64,000 bases of DNA from NCBI GenBank assembly GCA_041946735.1, contig JBHGAY010000003.1, forward strand, positions 64,001 to 128,000, written 5' to 3'. Below are positions 28,103-38,375 of this stretch, piece by piece. The position numbers and the translations under genes are program-made. How positions within the stretch are numbered: position 1 is the first letter of the stretch; each line of letters opens with the position of its first letter. Under the pieces are notes generated by a model. It was not told the origin of the DNA. It ran no database searches and saw nothing but the letters and a program-made list of their open reading frames with translations. This stretch comes from Candidatus Eiseniibacteriota bacterium (lineage in GTDB: Bacteria; Eisenbacteria; RBG-16-71-46; CAIMUX01; VGJL01).

Positions 28103-30013
28103 ATGGAGCCGAACCCGGCCTCGAGCGCGACGCCGCCGGCCGCTCCCGCCACAGCCAAGGGATCCAATGCGCAGCCGCCCGGCGGCTCCCCCGCGCAACT
28201 GCGCAGGATCGGCTGGCTTCTCGCCTGGGCCGTCGTCTTCTGCGACATCGGCACGAGCGTCTACTACGTCCCGGGGATCCTCTATCACCACGTCGGGAAT
28301 CTCGCTCCGTACTTCGTCCTCTTGACGACGCTCGGCTTCCTGCTTCTCGCGCAGAAATACACGGAGGTCGCGGGAGACAATCCCGAGGGAGGCGGTGTCG
28401 TCACCGTCGCGCGCAAAGCCTTCGGGAGCTGGTGGGGGGCTCTCGGCGGGATTCTGATCACGATCGACTACTTCCTGACCTCCGCAATCTCCTCGGTGAG
28501 CGGATTCGCCTATCTCAGCTCCGTGCTGCCGGGGCTCGAGGCGCACGTCGTCCTCCTGGCGTGCAGCGGCCTTGTTCTGCTCTGCCTGTTGAACATCATC
28601 GGCATTCGCGAGAGCGCGACGGTGGCGCTCGTGATGGCGAGCGCCTCCTTCCTGGTGAACCTGGTCGTCGTGATCGTTTCGGGCGCCCGGCTGACGGGCG
28701 CCGATGTCGCGATCATCCGCGACGCGTGGGGCGATTTCTCCCGCCTGCCTCTACGTGAGCTTCTGATCGGCTTCGCCGGATCATGGCTCGCCTTCTCGGG
28801 TCTCGAAAGCATCAGCCAGCTTTCACCCGCGCTGAAGGCGCCGATCCACAAGACCGTCCGCTACGCGATGTTCCTCGTGATCGCATCGGTCATCCTGACC
28901 TCGCCCACCTTGACGGCCCTCTCTGTCGCCGCGATCCCGGCCGACATCAAGGCGACGCAGAGCGAGGCGTTCATCTCCCAGCTGGCCGCGGCCCGGGCCG
29001 GTCCCTGGATGCAGATCTCCGTCGTCGCCACCGCTTCCGCCCTGCTTCTCTTCGCCGCGAACACGGCGATGATCGGCGGCTATCACGTCTTCCTCGCGCT
29101 CTCGCGGGACCGCTTCTTCCCTCGGCTCCTGGCGCGCCGCAACGTGATGTTCTCGACGCCGCACTGGGCGATCGGGCTCGCGACGCTCGTCCCGGTGGTG
29201 ACGATCCTCGGCACCGCCGGCAATCTCACGATCCTCGGCGACATGTACTCCTTCGGCCTCCTCGGGGCGTTCACGTTCACCGCTCTCGGACTCGACGTCA
29301 TCCGCTGGAGGAAGAACCGGCGGGGGTGGCTCTTCTGGATCGGGCTGCTGACGACGACGATCGTGAGCGCCTCCTGGGTGATCAACATCATCGAGAAGCC
29401 GCTCGCGACGATCTATGGCGGCGGCCTCCTGATCCTCGGGCTGTTCTTCGCCCTGTCGGTCCGGCGTGACTGGATCGTCCATGCCCTGAACCGCTTCCCG
29501 CCGATCGCACGCCGGGCGGTCCTGCTGCGGGCAAGGACCGAGCTGCAGATCGAGGAGGAGAACGAGATTCTCTCGCTCGCCTCGGCCGTCGCGCTGAAGT
29601 CCCTCTATCCGTCCCACACGCTGGTGGCCACGACGAACTACAACCCGAAGCTGCTCGACGAGGCGATCCGACGCGTGCAGGGGGAGGGGCAGCATTCGCT
29701 CTTCCTGATGTCGGTGACGGAGTGGCCGGGCCTCTTCTCGGGAGCCGAGACCCGCCCGTCGTCCGACGTGATCCTCGCGATGAACGAGATGGTGCGACAC
29801 GCTCGCGATCGCGGGATGTTCGTCGTTCCGATCTGGTCGATCAGCGACAGCGCCGCCCGGACGATCGCGCGCGCGGCGCAGCAGCTCGACTGCAACGCGG
29901 TGATGATCGGGGTGAGCCAGCGCACGGCGATCTACCACATGCTACGCGGGAACGTGCTGCGCGGGCTCGCGCGCTACCTCCCCGACACCTACCGGATCAT
30001 CGCCGTCGGCTGA
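28103..30013 (+). CDS. APC-family permease with C-terminal USP-like domain (KimA-like)
   Basis: About 12 TM helices; CDIGTSVYY, PEGGG, ITIDYFLT and AFSGLESISQL; soluble USP-like tail. Confidence 0.85.
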   Translation: MEPNPASSATPPAAPATAKGSNAQPPGGSPAQLRRIGWLLAWAVVFCDIGTSVYYVPGILYHHVGNLAPYFVLLTTLGFLLLAQKYTEVAGDNPEGGGVVTVARKAFGSWWGALGGILITIDYFLTSAISSVSGFAYLSSVLPGLEAHVVLLACSGLVLLCLLNIIGIRESATVALVMASASFLVNLVVVIVSGARLTGADVAIIRDAWGDFSRLPLRELLIGFAGSWLAFSGLESISQLSPALKAPIHKTVRYAMFLVIASVILTSPTLTALSVAAIPADIKATQSEAFISQLAAARAGPWMQISVVATASALLLFAANTAMIGGYHVFLALSRDRFFPRLLARRNVMFSTPHWAIGLATLVPVVTILGTAGNLTILGDMYSFGLLGAFTFTALGLDVIRWRKNRRGWLFWIGLLTTTIVSASWVINIIEKPLATIYGGGLLILGLFFALSVRRDWIVHALNRFPPIARRAVLLRARTELQIEEENEILSLASAVALKSLYPSHTLVATTNYNPKLLDEAIRRVQGEGQHSLFLMSVTEWPGLFSGAETRPSSDVILAMNEMVRHARDRGMFVVPIWSISDSAARTIARAAQQLDCNAVMIGVSQRTAIYHMLRGNVLRGLARYLPDTYRIIAVG

Positions 30014-30038
30014 AGTCCCGAAGGATTCGCACACCGTC

Positions 30039-30488
30039 ATGCCATCGCTCTTCGAACCGGCGCGCCAAGCGGAGATGCTCGAGAGACTCTCCCGCCTCCA
30101 CGAGGACGCCCGGCCGCGTTGGGGCGCGATGTCCGCGGCGCAGATGCTGGCGCATCTCGCCGATCATCTCGAGCTGTCGCTCGGCGAGCGGCGCGGGCGA
30201 CCGCTCCCCGGCCCGCTCCGCCGACGGGCGATCGGCTGGCTCGCGCTCAGGCTTCTCCCGATCCCTCGGGCGACGCTGCACTCCGCCCCTGGCGTCCGTC
30301 CCTCCGGGCAGCACCGGGGATTCGAGGCGGAGCGGTCGAGGACCCGCGTGCTTCTTCTGCGTTGCGTCGCCCGCCTTCCCGAGGAGGACTGGGGGGAGAG
30401 CCCCCGTTTCGGCCGCCTGCCCAAGAGGGACTGGGGCATCCTCTCCTTCCGCCACTTCGACCACCATCTACGGCAGTTCGGCGTCTAG
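30039..30488 (+). CDS. DUF1569 (DinB-like) protein
   Basis: PRWGAMSAAQMLAHL and FGRL...DWG...HFDHHLRQFGV. Confidence 0.85.
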   Translation: MPSLFEPARQAEMLERLSRLHEDARPRWGAMSAAQMLAHLADHLELSLGERRGRPLPGPLRRRAIGWLALRLLPIPRATLHSAPGVRPSGQHRGFEAERSRTRVLLLRCVARLPEEDWGESPRFGRLPKRDWGILSFRHFDHHLRQFGV

Positions 30489-30565
30489 CTCTAGCCGCGG
30501 CGGGGAACGCGGTTCGGCGTTTAGCTCTAGCGCCGCGGCGGGAAAGGCAGTTCGGCGTCTAGCTC
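30473..30565. repeat. Three imperfect copies of the DUF1569 gene 3' end
   Basis: GC(A/G)GTTCGGCGT(C/T)TAGCTC at 30473, 30509 and 30547. Confidence 0.85.
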
Positions 30566-30907
30566 CGGCCTCGAGGCAAGCGGCTCCGAGGCCACCGTCA
30601 CCGCGGTCCCCTTGGCGAATGCTCGTTCCTCCCACTCCAAGATTTTCTCTTTGTGGCCGCCCGGGTGCGTCCGATAGGATCGTTGCGTCGGGGTTTTCGG
30701 ATCGAGGCTGCGATGTCCGGTTCCAGCGTTCGCAGGCTCGCGGATTCTGAAGCGCAGTCGCCTCTTCGTCCTCTTCGTCTTCTTGTCCTTCTTGTCCTTC
30801 CTTGGGCTTGCATTTTCGCTCGCCCATTTCTTTCAGGCTGCGATCCCGCGAGTCAGGCGGAGGCCGGGCCCCCCATCGCCCGCCTTCTCGGAAGGAAGGT
30901 GATTCCC

Positions 30908-33646
30908 ATGCGCAAGAGAGCGATTCCGGTCCTGCTGTTGATCGTGCTCGCGTCCGCCGCGCTCTCGTCGTGGGCCGCCGCTCAGCGACAAGGCGCACTG
31001 TCGCCGTACCACACGCGAAGACCCGGTGACGCGCCGTACCAGCGCTCGACCGGCGACTTCGATCCTCTGGCGCTCGGTCAGGCGACCGAGGCCGCTCCGG
31101 CGCTGCACGACTGGTACGCGACGTTCGGCCGGCCGGCGACCGGCGGACGGCAAGGCGCGCCAGATCTGCAAGGCGCGCACAGCGTGCAAGGCGCGTCCGG
31201 CCTCTTCGGCACCACTCTCTCGGAAGGCGACGAGTCTTGGTCCGACGCCTTCGCGGCTCCTCATCCTTTGCCGGGCGTCGACCAGCCGATCTACGCGATG
31301 ACGGTCTACGACGGCGATCTCGTCGTCGGAGGCTCCTTCGTGACCGCGGGAGAGACGATCGCCCGCTCGATCGCGCGCTGGGACGGATCATCCTGGCAGC
31401 CGCTCGGCGACGGCGTCGACGACTGCGTCCTGGCGCTCGCCGTCTATCGGGGAGACCTCTACGCAGCCGGGTATTTCACCGAGGCGGGAGGCGTGGCGGC
31501 GAACCACATCGCACGCTGGGACGGCTCCTCGTGGAGCGCGGCCGGCGAAGGCGTGGATGGGGAAGTCCTGGCTCTCACCGTCCTCGGTGACCGGCTGATC
31601 GCGGGAGGGGTCTTCGAAGGCGCGGGAGGAACGAGGGTGGCAAATCTCGCGGCGTGGGACGGCGCCGAGTGGACCGACGTGGGCGGAGGAGTGGACTATC
31701 CCGTCTTTGCGCTCGCTTCCTACCGGGACGCGCTGATCGTCGGCGGCGCCTTCTCGACCGCGGGGGGCCAGGCGATCCGCTATCTCGCCCGGTGGGACGG
31801 ACATCTCTGGAGCGAGGTCGGCGGCGAGTCGCCGAACTATCCGATCTTCGCGATGACGGCCTACGAGGACCAGCTCGTCGTGGCGAGCCTCTTCGATCGC
31901 ATCGGCGCCACGCGCGCCTACAGCATCGCCGCGTGGAACGGCTCCTCGTGGAGGGCGCTCGACGGCGGGATGGGCGACTACTGCGTCTGGTCGCTCGGCG
32001 TCTGGAACGGCTCGCTCGTCGCCGGCGGCGTGTTCCCGGAAGCGGGAGGCGTGCGCGCGCGGAACGTCGCCTTGTGGGACGGATCGTCCTGGAGCGCGCT
32101 CGGGACCGGCGTCGATCGCATCGTGCTCGCGATCGGCGAGTACCAAGGCGGCCTGGTCGCCGCGGGGAAGTTCCGCGACGCAGGTTCGCAGGCGGCCGGA
32201 TACGTCGGACGGTGGGATGGAAACGCCTGGTCGTCGCTGGGAACCCTCTATCCCGCCGGCCTCGGCCTCGACGACTGGTGCCAGGCGGCGATCTTCTACG
32301 ACGGAGATCTGGTCGTCGCCGGCAACTTCCTCGAAGCGGGTGGGGTCGCCTGCAACCGTATCGCGCGCTTCGACGGAACGAGCTGGCATCCGCTCGGCGA
32401 AGGGATGAACGACTGGGTGAACGCCCTCGCCGTCTACGAGGGAGACCTGATCGCGGGAGGGGACTTCGACGTAGCGGGCGGAGTCCGCTGCAGCGGCGTC
32501 GCTCGCTGGGACGGGACCGCGTGGCACCCGCTCGCAGGCGGCGTCGTCTCGCGGGACTTCCCGGCTGTCTATGCGCTCGCGGTCTTCCAGGGGAGGCTGA
32601 TCGCCGGGGGCTACTTCGTGCAAGCCGGAGATACCTACTCGCGCGGCATCGCACAGTGGGACGGCACCCACTGGAGCGGCATGGGGTCCGGAGTCGACGC
32701 AGGACACTTCTCTTCCGTCTTTGCTCTCGCGGTGCAAGGCGGCCGTCTGTACGCGGGCGGCAGCTTCTCCCGGATCGGCAACGTCCCCGCGGCCAACCTG
32801 GCCGAGTGGAACGGGTACGGCTGGGTGCCCGTGGGCGACGGAACGTCCGACTGGGTGAGCGCCTTGGCGATCTACGAGGACGACCTCTACGTCGCCGGCT
32901 GGTTCGATCGCGCGGGGGGGATCGAAGCGCGCAACATCGCACGCTGGGACGGCACCGGCTTCTCTCCGGTCGGGAACGGGACGAACAGCGCAATCTACGC
33001 CTTGGACGTCTACGGGGGCTCCCTCCTCGCCGGAGGATGGTTCGATCAGGCGGGCGACGTCCCCGCGAACCACGTCGCGCGCTGGGACGGCGATCGATGG
33101 TCGGCGCTCGGCAGCGGCGTGAACAATGCGGTGCACGGCTTCGCGTCGGACGCGATCGACCTCTATCCGGTCGGCTACTTCCAACTCGCCGGCCGGCATC
33201 CGTCCTATCATCTGGCCCGCTGGGGGGATCCCGACTGGGTCACGCTCCCGCAGGACTTCGCCGGACCGGTCGACCCCGGCTCGCCGGACGATCCCGCAGA
33301 CCCGGACGATCCGGTCGACGGAGACGGCGGTGGCGGAGACGAGAGTCCGGCTCCGCTGCCATCGGCGGACGACCCGGACGTCCTGCTCTCCCTCCCGACT
33401 CCCTATCGCGCCAGCGAGTCGATCCTGCTATCGGTCGACTCCTCCGCGCACGGCCTGGTCGCCGTCTACGATCTCCTCGGCCGCAAGGTGCGCACGCTTC
33501 ACGACGGGTCCTTCGGCGCCGGAAGCACCGAGCTTCGCTGGGACGGCCTGATGGAGGGCGGAGGGGCGAGCCCTGCGGGGATCTACTTCCTGGTCGCGCG
33601 TCTGGACGGCAGCGCGGCGCAGCGCAAGCTCGTGCTCGTCCGCTGA
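30908..33646 (+). CDS. Secreted repeat (beta-propeller-like) protein with C-terminal FlgD-Ig/T9SS-like domain
   Basis: Signal peptide; about 14 repeats of IARWDGxxWxxLGxG...V.AL..Y.G.L.AGG.F; acidic Pro linker; VYDLLGRKVRTL...WDG...GIYF tail. Confidence 0.85.
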   Translation: MRKRAIPVLLLIVLASAALSSWAAAQRQGALSPYHTRRPGDAPYQRSTGDFDPLALGQATEAAPALHDWYATFGRPATGGRQGAPDLQGAHSVQGASGLFGTTLSEGDESWSDAFAAPHPLPGVDQPIYAMTVYDGDLVVGGSFVTAGETIARSIARWDGSSWQPLGDGVDDCVLALAVYRGDLYAAGYFTEAGGVAANHIARWDGSSWSAAGEGVDGEVLALTVLGDRLIAGGVFEGAGGTRVANLAAWDGAEWTDVGGGVDYPVFALASYRDALIVGGAFSTAGGQAIRYLARWDGHLWSEVGGESPNYPIFAMTAYEDQLVVASLFDRIGATRAYSIAAWNGSSWRALDGGMGDYCVWSLGVWNGSLVAGGVFPEAGGVRARNVALWDGSSWSALGTGVDRIVLAIGEYQGGLVAAGKFRDAGSQAAGYVGRWDGNAWSSLGTLYPAGLGLDDWCQAAIFYDGDLVVAGNFLEAGGVACNRIARFDGTSWHPLGEGMNDWVNALAVYEGDLIAGGDFDVAGGVRCSGVARWDGTAWHPLAGGVVSRDFPAVYALAVFQGRLIAGGYFVQAGDTYSRGIAQWDGTHWSGMGSGVDAGHFSSVFALAVQGGRLYAGGSFSRIGNVPAANLAEWNGYGWVPVGDGTSDWVSALAIYEDDLYVAGWFDRAGGIEARNIARWDGTGFSPVGNGTNSAIYALDVYGGSLLAGGWFDQAGDVPANHVARWDGDRWSALGSGVNNAVHGFASDAIDLYPVGYFQLAGRHPSYHLARWGDPDWVTLPQDFAGPVDPGSPDDPADPDDPVDGDGGGGDESPAPLPSADDPDVLLSLPTPYRASESILLSVDSSAHGLVAVYDLLGRKVRTLHDGSFGAGSTELRWDGLMEGGGASPAGIYFLVARLDGSAAQRKLVLVR

Positions 33647-33717
33647 TCCTGACGCGTTCCTCCTTCCCTCCGGATCGCACGGATCTGCGGAGGGAACGCG
33701 AACCGCGGGCATGAGAA

Positions 33718-33750
33718 GGGCGGAGGATCGAGGAGCCCGATCCTCCGCCC
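33718..33750. terminator. Hairpin between convergent genes
   Basis: GGGCGGAGGATCG / CGATCCTCCGCCC perfect 13-bp stem. Confidence 0.65.
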
Positions 33751-33776
33751 CGATTCGTATCCGACCGATCGCTCCC

Positions 33777-34742
33777 TTACGGAATCGCGGGAGTCTCCGG
33801 GAAGTCGAACAGAGGGGTCGACAGGTATCGCTCCCCGTGGCTCGGCAGGATCGCGACGATCTGCTTGCCACGGTTCTCCGGCCGCCGCGCGATCTCATAG
33901 GCCGCGTAGGCGGCGGCTCCGCTCGAGATCCCGACCATCAGGCCTTCCTCGCGCGCCAGCCGGCGCGCCGTATCGAACGCCTGCTCATCGGCGACGACGA
34001 ACGTGTCGTCGATCACTTCCAGGTTCAGCACCTTCGGAATGAAGCCGGTCCCGATCCCCTGGATCTTGTGGGGCCCGGGCGCAAGCTCCTGCCCCTTCTT
34101 CGCCTGCGTGATGACGGGGGAGTTCGCCGGCTCGACCGCGTAGACCCGCACCGACGGCTTGCGCGATTTCAGCACTTCGCCGACGCCGGTGATCGTCCCG
34201 CCGGTGCCGACGCCCGAGACGAAGATGTCGACCTTCCCCTCGGTGTCGTCCCAGATCTCGACCGCCGTGGTCTTCCGGTGGATCTCGGGGTTCGCGGGAT
34301 TCGTGAACTGGCCGAGGATCAGCGAGTTCGGAATCTCGCGATTCAGCTCCTCGGCCCGCGCGATGGTCTCCTTCACCCCCTTCGTCCCATCGGTCAGGAC
34401 GACGCGGGCTCCGAGGGCGGCCATGACCTTGCGCCGCTCGAGCGACATCGTATCGGGCATCGTCAGGACGAGCGGGATCTTGCGCGCCGCGCAGATGAAG
34501 GCGAGCGCGATCCCGGTATTGCCGGAGGTCGGCTCGATGAGGGTCGTCCCGGGGCCGAGGACCCCGCGTTCGATCGCGTCCTGGATCATCGAGTAGCCGA
34601 TCCTGTCCTTCACGCTCGACATCGGGTTGAACGATTCGAGCTTGAAGAGGACGTCGGCCTCGAGACCCTTCGAAAGGTGCGGTGTACGGACGAGGGGCGT
34701 CCGCCCGATCGTCTCGGCGACGGAGTCGAAGATCTTTCCCAT
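33777..34742 (-). CDS. cysK: Cysteine synthase A
   Basis: FNPMSSVKDRIG (PLP lysine), EPTSGNTG, GVGTGGT and PHKIQGIG. Confidence 0.96.
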   Translation of the reverse strand: MGKIFDSVAETIGRTPLVRTPHLSKGLEADVLFKLESFNPMSSVKDRIGYSMIQDAIERGVLGPGTTLIEPTSGNTGIALAFICAARKIPLVLTMPDTMSLERRKVMAALGARVVLTDGTKGVKETIARAEELNREIPNSLILGQFTNPANPEIHRKTTAVEIWDDTEGKVDIFVSGVGTGGTITGVGEVLKSRKPSVRVYAVEPANSPVITQAKKGQELAPGPHKIQGIGTGFIPKVLNLEVIDDTFVVADEQAFDTARRLAREEGLMVGISSGAAAYAAYEIARRPENRGKQIVAILPSHGERYLSTPLFDFPETPAIP

Positions 34743-34766
34743 GCTATCGGTCCTCCGAAGGATCTC

Positions 34767-35735
34767 CTAGCGTCCGCCGTTGGGACGATTCGCGCCCGAC
34801 GGGACACGGTTCGGTCCGTTGCCGCCCGGCTCGATCCGCTGCTCCTGCGGCGTGCTCAAGACCCTGCTGTATGGCGGAATCGAATGCGTGACCCAGGTGT
34901 TTCCGCCGATGACCGACCCCTTGCCGATCACCGTGTCTCCTCCCAGGATCGTCGCGCCTGCATAGATCACCACCTCGTCCTCGATGGTCGGGTGGCGTTT
35001 GCGGCCTCGGATCAGGTTGCCCCTCTCGTCCTTGGGGAAGGAGAGCGCGCCGAGCGTGACACCCTGATAGATCTTCACCTGCGAGCCGATGTCCGTCGTC
35101 TCGCCCACCACCACTCCCGTTCCATGATCGATGAAGAAGCTGTTGCCGATCTTCGCCCCCGGATGGATGTCGATCCCCGTCTTGCGATGGGCATACTCGG
35201 TCATGATCCGCGGCAGGAGCTGCACGTCGAGGACGGTCAACTCGTGCGCGATCCGATAGATCGAGACCGCCTCGAGTCCCGGATAGGCGAGGATGATCTC
35301 CGCGAAGCTCTTCGCCGCAGGGTCCCCGTCGAACGCCGCCTGCACGTCGAGAGCGAGCGCGCGCCGCACGTCCGGCAACCCTCCGATGAACTGCTCGACC
35401 GCGGCGTCCGCGAACTGTGCGCAGTGGTCGCACGGATCGTCGTTCGGGCAGACGAAGCGCGACGAGAGATAGATCTGCTCGTCCAGCTCGTCGGCGATGT
35501 CATCGAGCAACGCGCCCGCGTGATAGGCGACGTTGTTCCTCGTCAGGTGCTGATTCCCGTAGAAGCCGGGATAGAGCACCTCGAGGATCTTCAGCAGGAC
35601 CTCGGTCGTCTTCTCGGGCGACGGGAGGCGGCGCACCTGATCGAGATTGTGGGCGCGAGACATCTCGTCGGCGTACGTCTCGACGAGGCGGCTCGTGTAT
35701 TCGGCAAGGCGGTCCTGAATCGGTCGACGCTTCAT
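34767..35735 (-). CDS. cysE: Serine O-acetyltransferase (EpsC-type)
   Basis: GDPAAKS, TGIDIHPGA, FFIDHGTGVVVGET, YQGVTLGA and KRHPT. Confidence 0.94.
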   Translation of the reverse strand: MKRRPIQDRLAEYTSRLVETYADEMSRAHNLDQVRRLPSPEKTTEVLLKILEVLYPGFYGNQHLTRNNVAYHAGALLDDIADELDEQIYLSSRFVCPNDDPCDHCAQFADAAVEQFIGGLPDVRRALALDVQAAFDGDPAAKSFAEIILAYPGLEAVSIYRIAHELTVLDVQLLPRIMTEYAHRKTGIDIHPGAKIGNSFFIDHGTGVVVGETTDIGSQVKIYQGVTLGALSFPKDERGNLIRGRKRHPTIEDEVVIYAGATILGGDTVIGKGSVIGGNTWVTHSIPPYSRVLSTPQEQRIEPGGNGPNRVPSGANRPNGGR

Positions 35736-36418
35736 GGCACCAAGGACCTCAGGAAAGGGTTGGACCGGCGCTCTTGGCCGATCGTGGTGGAGGGCCCGTG
35801 TCCGGGGACGACGAGCGTCGCGTCGGGCAGGGTCAGGAGCCGCTCGCGGATCGAGCGGAGGATCGCATCGGTGTCGCCTCCCCAGAGGTCGGTCCGTCCG
35901 ATCGATCCCTGGAAGAGCGTGTCGCCGGAGAACAGCCGGGCGGGAGCATCGCTGGCTCTCGGGGAGGCGGCGCCGGCCGGGGAGTTCGCCGGAGCAGGAA
36001 GGTGGAGGCAGAGGCTGCCCGGCGTGTGGCCGGGCGTGTGGAGCACCTCGCCCCGCATCTCTCCCACGCGGAGCTCCTCGCCGTCGGCCACATGGCGATC
36101 GACCGGGACGGTTGGCGGCGTGGCGAATCCGAAGAGCCGCGCCTGCTCGTCGACGTGGTCGTAGAGCGGCTGGTCGCCGGCATGCAGCAGCACCCGCGCT
36201 CCGGTCGCCCGCGCGAGGGGAGCCGTCGCGCCGAGGTGGTCGAGGTGCGCGTGGGTGTGGAGGATCGTCTCGACGGTCAGGCGGTAGCGTTCGACGACGG
36301 CGAGAATCGCCTCGACCTCATCCCCTGGGTCGACGACGAGGGCGCGCCTCGTCTCTTCGCACCCGAGAACGGTGCAGTTGCATTGAAGCAGCCCGACAGG
36401 GAAAGTCTCGACGATCAT
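35732..36418 (-). CDS. MBL-fold metallo-hydrolase (glyoxalase II/YcbL-like)
   Basis: THAHLDH, HTPGHTPG, FSGDTLF and PGHG; ATGA overlap with cysE. Confidence 0.92.
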   Translation of the reverse strand: MIVETFPVGLLQCNCTVLGCEETRRALVVDPGDEVEAILAVVERYRLTVETILHTHAHLDHLGATAPLARATGARVLLHAGDQPLYDHVDEQARLFGFATPPTVPVDRHVADGEELRVGEMRGEVLHTPGHTPGSLCLHLPAPANSPAGAASPRASDAPARLFSGDTLFQGSIGRTDLWGGDTDAILRSIRERLLTLPDATLVVPGHGPSTTIGQERRSNPFLRSLVP

Positions 36419-36527
36419 GTGTCCCAGCTCCCCGCTCGCTTCGAGTCGACTCTCGATTCTAGGGAATCGGACGGTGGAGCCGATAAGGTTAGCAGAATCT
36501 TTCTAGAAGCCACAGCGGAGGTATTTC

Positions 36528-38210
36528 TTGCTGGAGCGCCCCCCGGTCCGGGCCCCTCGCTGCGCCGTCGCAACCGCGCATCCCCTTGCTACGTCGGCAG
36601 GACTGCGGCTTCTCGCCGAGGGGGGATCGGCCGCGGACGCTGTCGTGGCGGCCGGCGCGGCCCTGTGCGTGGTGGAGCCATGGGCGAGCCACCTCGGGGG
36701 GGATGCCTTTGCCCTGGTCTGGGACGATTCCGCCTCCCGCGCGCGCGCCCTCCAGGGCAGCGGAGCGGCGCCGGCCCGCGCCGACGCGGAGGCGTTGCGG
36801 AAGGCGGCCGGGGGCGCCGTCCCGGTGCGCGGGGCTCTGCCCATCACAGTCCCGGGGATCGTGGGCGCCTGGTTCCACCTGCTGGCCTCGCGCGGGCGCT
36901 CCTCGCCCGATCGTGTGCTGGCGCCGGCCATCCAACTGGCCGAGGAGGGATTTCCGATCGGCGAGCGCTGGACCCGGGCCGCGAGCCTCCACCGTCCTCT
37001 GTTGGCCGCCGATCCTCTGCTGGCGGGCCTGTTCCTCTCGCCCGACGGCCGGCCGCTCCCCGCGGGGGCGCGCGTCGTCCAGCCGGATCTCGCCCGCTCG
37101 CTGCGCCGCCTCGCCGACGAGGGGCCGGATGCTTTCTACCGGGGCAACCTCGGGCGGTCGATCGTGAAGGCGATCGAGGAGCGGGGAGGCTGGCTCTCGC
37201 TGGAGGATCTCGCGGCGCACGACACGGAGGAGATCGAGCCCCTCGCGATCGATCTCGACCGGAGCCGGACGGTCCTCGGCCAGCCGCCGGTCTCACAGGG
37301 AGCGATGCTGCTCGGCGCGCTGCGGGTGCTGTGGGAGTGCGAGCGGCGAGGCCTCACGATCCCCGGCGAGACGGCCCGGGCGCAGGCGCGCGAGACGCAT
37401 CTGCAGGTCGAGGCGCTCCGTCTCGTGCGCGAGTGGCGCGACGCTCACCTCGGCGATCCGCGGCGGCCGAGGGGAGAGAAGACGGCGAGCGGTGCGGAGA
37501 CGCACGCGCGCTCGGTCTTGAAGGATCTCAACCGCTTCCTCGATCCCGTATGGGCGAGAAGCGCGTGCGAATCGTTGTCGGTCGACCGGCCTCGTGCGAG
37601 CGGCGCCGGCGGGGCGGCGCGCGACCGCTCCGCCGACACGACCTCCGTCTGCGCTTCCGACGGCGAGGGGAACTTGATCGCCTGGATCCAGAGCATCTAC
37701 CAGCCGTTCGGCGCCGGGTGGACAGTCCCGGGAACCGGCATTCTGCTCAACGACCGGATGCGCGGTTTCTCGCTCGATCCCGCCTCGCCCAACCTTCTCG
37801 CACCCGGCAAGCGCCCCGTTCACACGCTCCATACCTGGATGGTCCTGAACGACGGCGAGCCCTGGCTCGCCGGATCCACGCCGGGCGCTGAGACGCAAGT
37901 CTCGACGAACCTGCAGGTGCTCCGGCGCGCGCTCGCCGGGGGCGGGTCCGCGCTCGCCGCCGGCGGGTCCGTGCTCGCCGAGGCGGTTCACGCCCCACGC
38001 TGGCATCTCGACGAACAGGATCGCGTGCGGATCGAGGATCGCATGCCGGGAGAAGTGCGCCGGCGCCTGCGCGACCTCGGGCACGCGACCTCCCGCTTCG
38101 GTCCGTGGGAAGGGCCCGGTTTCGTGCAGGCGATCGAGAGGCTCGCGGGCGGAGCCGGATGGCTCGCGGTCACCGACCCCCGCGGAGAGGGCCAGGCGGC
38201 GGGAATCTGA
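36528..38210 (+). CDS. ggt: Gamma-glutamyltransferase family protein
   Basis: GGSAADA, SHLGGDAF, VPG, AFYRG, DTT nucleophile, FG...GTGILLNDR and PGKRP. Confidence 0.9.
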   Translation: MLERPPVRAPRCAVATAHPLATSAGLRLLAEGGSAADAVVAAGAALCVVEPWASHLGGDAFALVWDDSASRARALQGSGAAPARADAEALRKAAGGAVPVRGALPITVPGIVGAWFHLLASRGRSSPDRVLAPAIQLAEEGFPIGERWTRAASLHRPLLAADPLLAGLFLSPDGRPLPAGARVVQPDLARSLRRLADEGPDAFYRGNLGRSIVKAIEERGGWLSLEDLAAHDTEEIEPLAIDLDRSRTVLGQPPVSQGAMLLGALRVLWECERRGLTIPGETARAQARETHLQVEALRLVREWRDAHLGDPRRPRGEKTASGAETHARSVLKDLNRFLDPVWARSACESLSVDRPRASGAGGAARDRSADTTSVCASDGEGNLIAWIQSIYQPFGAGWTVPGTGILLNDRMRGFSLDPASPNLLAPGKRPVHTLHTWMVLNDGEPWLAGSTPGAETQVSTNLQVLRRALAGGGSALAAGGSVLAEAVHAPRWHLDEQDRVRIEDRMPGEVRRRLRDLGHATSRFGPWEGPGFVQAIERLAGGAGWLAVTDPRGEGQAAGI

Positions 38211-38375
38211 AGTCGAGGCGCCGCGGCGACCCTCCTCGATGGGCGAGGAAGGTCGCCGCTCTGCGTTCCGCGCTTCGTGGCCCGCGCTTGGTGGCCCGCG
38301 TGCCTCGGCCGCCCGGCGCGTCGACGCCTGTTGGGCCTGGCGCCGGCTCAGCCTGGCGCCGGTTGCCGGTTCGGC

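Noticed and set aside
30473..30565. Repeats with about 37-bp period resembling a mini CRISPR array (also 8385-8457)
   Set aside because: Only 2-3 copies, the intervening sequences resemble each other or are too short, the unit is the adjacent gene's 3' end, and no cas genes are present.
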